From Heterodontus francisci (Eukaryota), in contig NC_090382.1 in assembly GCF_036365525.1 (NCBI RefSeq), positions 34,207,298 to 34,271,297 on the forward strand: a stretch of DNA of 64,000 nt. The letters are read 5' to 3'. Below, piece by piece: positions 13,217 to 22,900 of this stretch. The notes beneath the pieces were generated by a model that worked only from the letters and a program-made list of their open reading frames with translations, did not search any database and was not told the DNA's origin. The stretch's first letter is position 1; every line of letters begins with the position of its first letter. The position numbers and the translations under genes were made by a program.

Positions 13217-13664
13217 TTTCTGTCCGCAATACCAAGACAGTCCTTGCCAAAATTACCAACTACATCCTTTGTAACTGTGCATATCATCCCTCCTTGTCCA
13301 TATTAAGGTTCCATACGTGACCCTCTCCTAGTCCTGATCTACATGCTTTCTTTCAATAATATCTGTAAGTACAGGATTAACTTCCACAGGCATCCAAACA
13401 AAAGTCACATTCTCTCAACTTCGCACCACCACTATACCACCCTGGTGCTTGTCTGAAAAAAGGTCATGAATGTGTCAGAGCTTTCTCTAAATTAACCAGA
13501 GGGCAGTCAGCTTTCCTGCCACTCCTTCACTGAAATGTCAGTGTAAACATTTTCATGGAAAGGGGCTTGAAGCCATAACCTTCTGACTCAGAGGTGAGAG
13601 TGCTACAGGTTAACAGTTGTGCTTGATGTGAGTAGACTTTTTTAGGGCAGGACTGCAGAACAGG

Positions 13665-13819
13665 AACTGTTCCCTCTTTACTCAAAATGCTGACACGTCA
13701 AGAAGGAAATACATGACCCATCCTCCTCTGAGAAACAAAACTTCACTTCAACCTCTCAGTGCGGCGGTGTCAGACCATCAAAAAACAACACTGAACCAGA
13801 AACTGAGCTGAAAATGCAG
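13665..13819 (+). promoter_or_regulatory. Putative proximal promoter/5' UTR of gene A
   Basis: Homologous to 8078-8225 (-); ends in the ancestral start context ctgaaaATGcag. Confidence 0.55.
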
Positions 13820-13962
13820 TTTTGATGACGGGTCACTGACCTGAAATGTTAACTCTGTTTCTCTCTCCACAGATGCTGCCAGACCTGCACTTCAGCACTT
13901 TTCCAGCACTTTCTGTTTTTATTTCAGATTTCCAGAATCTGCAGTATTTTGCTTTTATGTTA
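13820..13962 (+). mobile_element. Penelope-like terminal-repeat insertion at the gene A start codon
   Basis: Same repeat family as 18576-18692 and 59053-59185; flanked by imperfect 12-bp duplication ctgaaaatgcag (13808-13819) / ctgataatgcaa (13963-13974); absent from gene B. Confidence 0.8.
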
Positions 13963-13968
13963 CTGATA

Positions 13969-14014
13969 ATGCAAGGGATGTTAAGCGCCTTTCTTCTGAT
14001 TGTCCTCCAAACGG
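13969..14014 (+). CDS. Gene A: signal-peptide (leader) exon
   Basis: 46 nt, MQGMLSAFLLIVLQT+G, gtaagg donor, 90-nt intron; split-leader layout typical of Ig/TCR V genes. Confidence 0.9.
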
Positions 14015-14104
14015 GTAAGGAGCAGATCTCCCTGTATTCTATTCTATTTCCATTTGTTCCCTATCTGTGCTCACCTGAATGTTTCCGTCTCCTTTCCTTT
14101 TCAG

Positions 14105-14470
14105 ATCCAGCGTTATCTAACACTAATCTGAGAATTCCTCAGTCAACAGTGAATCGTCCAGAGGGAGAATCGGTGAGACTGCAGTGTCTAACCAGCAGAA
14201 AAGATGATGATCACCTAATTACTTGGAGTTATGTACCGTCTGGAACCCCAACAATCAAATGGCTTATATCCTTCAGCCCGGGAACAAGAAGTTTTAATCG
14301 GAGGTCAGGGATCGAACCCCGTTTTTCCGGAACTAATGACAGCAAATTCACTTTAAAAATCAACAACTTAAAAAAGGAAGATTCCACCAGATATTACTGT
14401 CAAAGTAGGGATGCTGTTGAACAAGCGACGGACCGGTGCGGCTGTGGAGTTATCCTGAAAGTCAAACCAA
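14105..14470 (+). CDS. Gene A: single-exon VJ-type Ig V domain, intact
   Basis: tttcag acceptor, gtgagt donor, 366 nt, phase 1/1; GESVRLQC...ITW...KWLI...GIEPRFSG...FTLKINNLKKEDSTRYYC-QSRDAVEQATDR-CGCGVILKVKP; no RSS. Confidence 0.92.
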
Positions 14471-14574
14471 GTGAGTGGGGATTCGTTAGTAGGAAATAAT
14501 GACTGATCTCAAATATTTAACACATGCCTTGTGCGCTATTTGTGGCGAAGTTGTGTTCGCGATTTCCTCCAAAT

Positions 14575-17500
14575 TTTTTTTTATTTCCAAAATATACTTT
14601 ATTCATAAAAATCTGTAAAAATTACATTACCAGTTTCAAACAGCACCAAGTCAAAAAATACAATTCAAAGTGCAAAGGAGGTCCGTTTGCTTCATTACAA
14701 TCATGAGTTGCCTCACAACCCTTCCATTTCACATTTGTCATGCCATATACATTTTAACATTTTACAGCAAATAAAGATTTTCCCGATACAGTTCGAGGGA
14801 TTTCCCATGGATCCAGCCCCTCAGTTCAGCTTTGTGGGGGGACCTTACACTGTGGTCTTTCCCCATTGAGCAATTGCAGCAGCTGCCCCAAGCTTTAGTG
14901 CGTCCCTCAGCACGTAGTCCTGGACCTTGGAATGTGCCAGTCTGCAACACTCGGTCGTGGACAACTCTTTGCATTGGAAGACCAGCAAGTTTCGAGCAGG
15001 CCAAAGAGCGTCTTACACCTAATTGATGGTCCTCCAGCAGCAGTTGATGTTTATCTCGGTGTGTGTCCTTGGGAACAGCCCGTAGACCTGTGTTACAGAG
15101 CTGTTTGGGATGAACCTCGACAAAAACCACTGCATCTCTTTCCACACCTTTTTTAAATTCATTCATGGGATGTGGGCATCACTGGTTATGCTAGCATTTA
15201 TTGCCCATCCCTAATTGCTATTGAGAAGGTGGTGGTGAGCTGCCTTCTTGAACCGTTGCAGTCCATGCGAGGTAGGTACACCCACAGTGCTGTTAGGAAG
15301 GGAGTTCCAGGATTTTGACCCAGCCACCGTGAAGGAATGACGATAAAGTTCCAAGTCAGGATGGTGTGGGACTTGGACAGGAACTTGCAGGTGGTGATAC
15401 TCCCATGCATCTGCTGCTCTTGTCCTTCAAGGTGGTCGAGGTTGCGGGTTTGGAAGGTGCTGTCTAAGGAGTCTTGGTGCGTTGCTGCAGTGCATCTTGT
15501 AGATGGTACACACTGCTGCCACTGTGGGTCGGTGATGGAGGGAGTAAATGTTTGTACATGGTGTGCCAATCAAGCGGGCTGCTTTGTTCTGGATGGTGTC
15601 GAGCTTCTTGAGTGTTGTTGGATTCGCACCCATCCAGGCAAGTGGAGAATATTCCATCACACTCCTGACTTGTACCTTGTAGATGGTGGACAGGCTTTGG
15701 AGAGTCAGGAGGTGAGTTACTCACCGCAGGATTCCTAGCCTCTGACCTGCTCTTGTAGCCACGGTATTTATATGGCTACTCCAGTTCAGTTTCTGGTCAA
15801 TGGTAGCCTCTAGGATGTTGATAGTGGGGGATTCAGCGATGGTTAATACCGTTGAATGTCAAGGGGAGATGGTTAGATTCCCTCTTGTTGGAGATGGTCA
15901 TTGCCTGGCACTTGTGTGGCACAAATGTTACTTGCCACTTATCAGCCCAAGCCTGAATATTGTCCAGGTCTTGCTGCATTTCTACACGAACTGCTTCAGT
16001 ATTTGAGGAGTCATGAATGGTGCTGAACATTGTGCAATCATCAGCGAACATTCCCACTTCTGACCTTATGATTGAAGAAAGGTCATTGATGAAGCAGCTG
16101 AAGATGATTGGGCCTAGGACACTATCCTGAGGAACTCCTGCAGTGATGTCCTGGAGCTCAGATGATTGCCCTTCAACAACCACATTCGGTGGTGGACAAC
16201 TCTTTGCGCTGGAAGACCAGCAAGTTTCGGGCAGACCAAAGGGCGTCTTTCACCGAATTGATAGTCCTCCAGCAGCAGTTGATGTTTGTCTCGGTGTGCG
16301 TCCCTGGGAACAGCCCGTAGAGCACAGATTCCTGTGTTACAGAGCTGCTTGGGATGAACCTCGACAAAAACCACTGCATCTCTTTGCTTTGCAAAGACAC
16401 ATTCCAGGAGGAGGTGGGCAACCGTCTCTTCCCCACCACAGCCACCGCGGGGGCATTGCGCGGAGGGGGTGAGACTTCGGGCATGCAGGAAGGATCTGAC
16501 GGGGAGGGCTCTTCTCACCACCAGCCAAGCTACAGCTTGGTGCTTGTTTGAAAGTTCTGGTGATGAGGCATTCCGCCAAATGACTTTGGCTGTCTGCTCG
16601 GGGAACCATCCGACAGGATCCACCATCTCCTTTTCCCGTAGGGCCTTGAGGACATTCTGTGCAGACCACTGCCTGATGGATTGGTGGTCAAAGGTGTTTT
16701 CCCACAGAAACTGCTCCAAGCCGCTAACTCTGGACGAGCTGACAAAGGCCGTCGAGTCCTTCGAGACAAGTAAAACTCCCGGGAGCGACGGCTTACCGGT
16801 CGAGTTGTACTCGGCCCTATGGGGCTGGGTTGGCCTGGACCTGCTGGAAGTATACGAGAGTATGCTGCTGGCTGGCAGCATGTCAGAATCCATGAGGAAA
16901 GGCATCATCACCCTCATTTTCAAGCGGAAGGGGGAGAGGGCAGAAATCAGAAATTGGCGGCCCATCTCATTGCTTAATGTTGACTACAAGATTCTGTCCA
17001 AAGTCATAGCCAGTTGAGTCAAGTCTGCTCTGGAGTTGGTGATTCACCCCGATCAGACCTGTACTGTACCCGGCAGGAAGATCTCTGATAGTCTCACGCT
17101 ACTCAGGGATACGATCGCCTATGTACGGGACAGGAGGGTGGACACCTGCCTCATCAGCCTGGACCAGGAGAAGACTTTTGACAGGATATCGCACACCTTC
17201 ATGATGGACGTGCTCTCCAAAATGGGGTTCGGGGAGGGAATCTGCAATTGGATCAAACTGCTCTACGTAAACATCAGTAGCGCAGTCTCAATCAATGGGT
17301 GGGAATCGGAAAGTTTCCCGTTCAAATCTGGAGTCAGACAGGGCTGTCCTCTCTCCTTGGTCTTGTTTGTTTGCTGTATTGAACCCTTTGCTGAGTCTAT
17401 TAGGAAGGATGTGAGCATAAGAGGGGTGACAATCCCAGGCAGTGGAGGCACTCAGGTTAAAACTTCCCTGTACATGGATGACGTCGCCATCTTCTGTTCG

Positions 17501-18136
17501 GATCCGCTGTCTGTGCGCAGACTGATGAGCATCTGCGACCAGTTCGAACTGGCCTCGGGAGCCAAAGTTAACCACGGCAAGAGCGAGGCCATGTTCTTTG
17601 GGAACTGGGCTGACCGATCCTTTGTCCCCTTCACCGTCAGGTCAGATTACCTGCAGGTGCTGGGGATATGGTTCGGAAGGGCCGGGGCGTGCACCAAAAC
17701 CTGGGAGGAGCGAGTAGCCAACGTACAACAAAAGTTGAGCATGTGGGGGCAGCGATCTCTCTCCATTGTGGGTAAGAAACTGGTCATCAGGTGCGAGGCG
17801 CTCACGTTGTTGCTGTACATGGTGCAGGTCTGGCCCATACCCCACTCCTGCGCTGTGGCAGTCACCCGAGCCATTTTCCGCTTCATCTGGGGATCTAAAA
17901 TGGACCGGGTCCAGAGGGACACGATGTTCAAACCTCTGGATAAGGGCGGGGAAAATGTACTCAACGTGGCCCTCATCCTGATGACTACCTTCGTGTGCGG
18001 CTGCATCAAGCTGTGTGTAGACCTCCAGTACACAAACTCCAAATGTCACTATGTGCTGAGGTTCTATCTGTCCCCGGTGTTGCGAAGGATGGGCCTGATC
18101 ACTTTGCCGCAGAACGCTCCATGCAGTTGGACCACA
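14575..18136. mobile_element. L1/Tx1-clade LINE with 5' inversion
   Basis: 13-bp TSD atttcctccaaat (14562-14574, 18137-18149); poly-T at left; 3' part on - strand (CPRGGCGGEETVAHLLLEC); RT part on + strand from ~16713 (KTPGSDG, NWRPISLLNVDYK, GVRQGCPLS, LYMDD). Confidence 0.9.
15150..16182 (-). mobile_element. Nested non-LTR retrotransposon 3' fragment (same family as 39388-41000)
   Basis: GVPQDSVLGP, MFADDCT, MEYSPLAW...KKLDTIQNKAARLIG; poly-A tail at left end. Confidence 0.8.
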
Positions 18137-18575
18137 ATTTCCTCCAAATAGCCAAGAGAAAATCTAATTGTGAGGAGGAATGATATGCAGATCACCAGAG
18201 GCAGATTTATTCCCTCTTTACCATCAGCACCTTACAGTCACTCCTCACCAAATGGATTAAATTGAACTCCAACAACATCCAACAGTTAACAGCCTTTTAA
18301 CCCAGTCACGGATTATTAATTGGTTAGTGTTGAGGTTCAGATGTTCTTAGGAGGTTAATGAAACAATTCACTGTTTACAAGCAATCAATTCTACAGAGTC
18401 TGATACTGTTTATTGGATACCCTGTTGGTCCAGGGTGTTTTCTGATATTGTGGTGGTTTGGAGTGTTGCCATTCAACCCGTCACTTGGACGTGGTTTATA
18501 TGGGACAGAATCAAGCATGAACCAGGTGCAGAAAGTGTAAAGCTCTGCCAGAGAGCAGATACAGGCACCATGGAT

Positions 18576-18692
18576 ATTTCTAATATTTGCTAGTTCCGAA
18601 GAAGGGTCACTGACCCGAAACGTTAACTCTGCTTTTCTTTCCACAGATGCTGCCAGACCTGCTGAGTGGTTCCAGCATTTCTTGTTTTTATT
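18576..18692 (+). mobile_element. Penelope-like terminal-repeat fragment
   Basis: 9-bp TSD accatggat (18567-18575, 18693-18701); hammerhead-like ccgaaga-agggtcactgaccc-gaaacgtta. Confidence 0.75.
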
Positions 18693-18997
18693 ACCATGGA
18701 TTTAGTGTTCTCTTTCTGTACTATGATTCATTGGCTAATATGGACATTAATATCCAGTCAGGCAATATCATTAAAAGCACCATCTGAAGTATACAAACAA
18801 AAGTTTTTTAAAAACTCGTATCAGCGGAACAAGCACAAAATTAGACTTAATTTTAAGGAGGTGCGAAAGTGGGGGTTAGAAAATCTAGTGGAAAAATATA
18901 GTGAAGCTATACATTAAGAAACTGTAAAAAGCCTGCATGTTTTTAGTGTCACAATAGAAGAAAATTTGGCTAACTTTCCTTTGCCTTCTAAACTCAG

Positions 18998-19315
18998 CCA
19001 TCTCATCTAAACCACCTTCAGTTGATCTCCTTTCTCCATCGCCTGAGAAAATGTCCCAGCGGACTGACAGTAAACTTGTTTGTGTGGTGATTGGTTTCTA
19101 TCCAGAGAATATTTCTGTGTCTTGGTACATTGGCGATGCTCAGGTATTTTCAGGGATTTCAAACTCAGGGATGCTGATGGAAACTGATAACAGTTATGCC
19201 ATTATCAGTGAGCTGGCTGTATCGACTCTTCAGTGGGTCAGTGGACTTCATTATGCCTGTGTTGTTTCACATGAAGCCCTATCTTCTCCCATCAGAAGAG
19301 AAATCAATAAACAAA
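18998..19315 (+). CDS. Gene A: Ig C1-set exon 1, intact
   Basis: ctcag acceptor, gtgagt donor, 318 nt, phase 1/1; PPSVDLLSP...LVCVVIGFYPENISVSWY...YACVVSHEALSSP. Confidence 0.92.
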
Positions 19316-19958
19316 GTGAGTACATATTCATTATTCATAACTACCTTTTAATTAAGTCTAACTGCTTTACCAGACTGTGAACCCAGCACTACTGATGCTT
19401 TTAATTTGTTAACATATGCACTATTGGTTCAGAGTTGTCGCATGTTTATCAATTAATTGTTCAGTGACTTACTGAGATAGTACTTTAGCAGTTTGGCAAA
19501 AGGCCAACTTTTTTTTCAGAACAGGAAAAGATCCATAGCCTGACAAGCATTTTGAAAAGTTAACCGCACCTATAAAATACATTCCTTTCTGTTCTGGAAA
19601 TGCATTCAAATTTTCTAGTAAATCAACGTATTTTGTTCAATGTAATGACCTTTCCTACTTACCGACTGAATTTATCGTCCATTAACCTTAAGGATCAACA
19701 GGTTTGCCTGACTTTTTTTACTCCCAATGTCATGAATTTTAACTTATGTCTACTGGCATCTGAACCTTCACCCCAGTGAACAGTTGGCTTGGATCAGCTT
19801 TGTCAAGTCTCTTTGAAATCTCAAGGATGATACAGGGTTGGAATTTGACTGCTTGGAGCCATTTTGAGTTCTTCAAGCATATTAAAGAGTATGCTAGCAT
19901 TGTTTTGAAATCAGTATTTCTGAAAATATCAAACCTGGTCTTATTCCTGTGTGACCTC

Positions 19959-22900
19959 TGTTAAGACCGAGCTGAGAGGAGTGCACTGTTTATTCGAGTT
20001 CCCCTTCTCCACAAGTCATAACATATTTTTAAATTTTTTCCCATTTACTGTTACGGTTAATCATAAACTCTATTTTTAACCCAGAATAAAACACAACAAC
20101 CAGGTTTCTTTAATAAACAACAAAATTATCAGTTTATTATAAAACAAGTCTTAACCAGTAATGAAGCAAAGCATTAACACACAGATCAAAATATAAAAGT
20201 TCCCTTTTTACCTTACACACACACACACTAACCGAAAAAAATAAAGAGATTTACTCTTTAGAGCTCTAGTACATTAAACACCCCCCCCCCCCCCCCCCCC
20301 CCACAACCTGCTCCCCCCAAAAAATGCATTGGCCAAAATACTTGCAAATTCTTGAAGAAAATAAGAGAATATATGAAAAGATGTCAGAAGTCCTTTTTGG
20401 TTTGGTGTCCCAAATATGTATAAATGGCTGTCACTGGGGTCTTCCTATTAAAGGTCTTGACAGGCGATGTTGAAGATCAGTTTGGGCAGGCTTTCCAGGG
20501 AAAATGCAATAACAGGGGTTTCAGGCAGTTTCTTATACTTGCTTCTCAGCTTCTCAAGAGATGGAAAACTGGCAGGCTTTTCCAAAGGGCTGGAACAGAC
20601 TGGGCTGGGTGTTGCTATCTTGGGAAATTTTCCTCAACTGTCTTTTCAAACCATTGTCCATATTCCAACTCACTGTCCAAAGTGAAACTATAAACAATGT
20701 CAGGAGTCAAGCCTCCTGACCCCTATAAATCTTGACCTGTCCCCTCTCTGCAAACATCTTTCCCCAAGTCAAAAACAACCCCTGCTGGGAAATTATTTGA
20801 AGACGGGTGCCTTCCAGTAACTGTTTACAGTCCAGACCTCTCAGTGACCCTTGTAAAAAAAAAAATCCATGGACTCCTTTTCAGTTTTAAACCACAAATC
20901 TTCAAAATTTGACAAAAAAATAGAAACACTCATAACACCTCCATCCTTGGAGAAATAAACCCCCATTTTTAAATGTGTTTCATTGCAAAGTGTCAAAAAA
21001 TAGATTAAAAAATTAAAAACACCTTTTCACACTCTTACTCATTCATTCTTTACCAGTAGCTAATACAGTTCTGCTTTGTACCATCTTTGCACTCAGATAA
21101 CTCAAAGCAAAGTTAGATTCCAGATAAAGCATCTGAAATTACATTATTTCTGCCTGCAATGTGGATAACCTTTAAGTGATAAGGTTGCAATAGTAAACTC
21201 CATCGGAATAGTCTGGCATTTTGGTTTTTAAATTTCTCCACAAAGGCTAGGGGGTTATGATCAGTATAATCAGATAACACAGGTTAGGCCACAGTTGGAG
21301 CATTGTGTACAGTTCTGATCACCACATTACAGAAAGGACATAATTGCTCTGGAGAGAGTACAGAGGAGATTTACAAGAATGTTGCCACGGCTCGAAAGTT
21401 GCAGCGATGAGGAAAGATTGGATAGGCTAGGGTTGTTTTCCTTAGAACAGAGGAGGCTGAGGGGTGACTTAATAGAGGTGTAAAAAATTATGAGGGATCT
21501 AGATAGAATAGACAGGAAGGACTGGTTTCCCCTAGCGGAGAGGTCAATTACCAGAGGGCACAGATTTAAGGTGATTGGTAGAAGGATTAGGGGGAATATG
21601 TGGAAAAACTTATTCATCCAGAGGGTGGTGGGTGTCTGGAATTCACTGCCAGGAATGGTGGTGGAAGCAGAAATCCTCAATTCTTTTAAAAGATACCTGG
21701 ACATGCACCTGAAGTGCTGTAGCTGGCAAGGCTATGGACCAGGTGCTGGAAAGTGTATTAGATTGGGCCGGTGCAGACATGATGGGCTGAATGGCCTCCT
21801 TCTGTGCTGTAATTTTTCTTTGGTTCTATAACAGTGTCAGACATAGACTTCAAAACGCTTAAGAGCCAATAATAAACCTAGGGTTTTTTTTTCCACTGTT
21901 GAATATCTTTTTTTGGTGTCAATATAGCTTTTTGGAAAAGTATCCCACTGGCCTTTCTATGATGGATTCATCATTGTGTAACAGGACTGCACCTACCCCC
22001 AGGTCCCTAGCATCAATTGCTACCTTGAAGGGCTTAGTGAAATTTGGAGCAGCAACACTGGTTCATTAATCAAATGGCTTTCAGCCTCGCAAAAGATGCT
22101 AGCACTCCTCTGCCCACACTGTTTTTCTTTTTCTGTAGCAAATCTGTCAGTGATACAGATATAGTACTAAAATTTGGTATAAACTTTCAGTAGAAACCAC
22201 ACATCCCCAAAAACCTCATGATTTCTCACTTAGTCCTAGGGTTAGGGAACTCCACCAATGCCTGCACTTTTGCTGTTCTTGGCAACATTTGTCCTTGCCC
22301 TACTATTTGCCCTAGGTAGGTCACTCTCACTTTCGCAAATTCACTTTTGGCTAGGTTTATTATTAAATCAGTCGATTGCAATTTTCTAAACAGAGCTTCT
22401 AGTTGTTTCAAGTGATTCACACAATATTTACTGTATAACAGCACATCATCAAGATAAACTACATAGTTCGGAACACTGGCTACCACTTGATTCATTTGTC
22501 TCTGAAAGGTTACTGAGGCATTTTTTTCGTCCAAATTGTATCACTCGGCATTGGAAAAGACCGTTTGGTATGACAAAGGCCGATATTTCTTTTGCTCAGG
22601 GTGTTGAAGTGTTGCCAGTATCCCTTTAACAAATCTATTTTTGTAAGAAACGTGGCACTGCCCACACTGTTAATACAGTCTTCCAAACGAGGAATTGGGT
22701 AGGAGTCTGCCTTTGTTACTGCATTAACTTTTCTATAGTCTATACAGAGTCTAGTTGAACCATCAGGTTTAGGCATTAATACTACTGGGGAACTCCAGCT
22801 GCTTTGCCTAGATTCAATTAGGTGGTTTTCCAGCATGTATTGGATTTCTGCTTTTGCCTGGGCCTGTTTCTCTGGACTTAAGTGGTAAGGATATTGTTTT

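Noticed and set aside
13846-14104. N-terminal extension of the 217-aa ORF
   Set aside because: Read-through of the inserted repeat and the 90-nt leader intron; splice sites and the paralog define the real exons.
14440-14446. GGCTGTG, a J-type RSS heptamer variant, inside the V exon
   Set aside because: It is the Gly-Cys-Gly coding sequence; no nonamer at 12 or 23 bp spacing, and it is not conserved in gene B.
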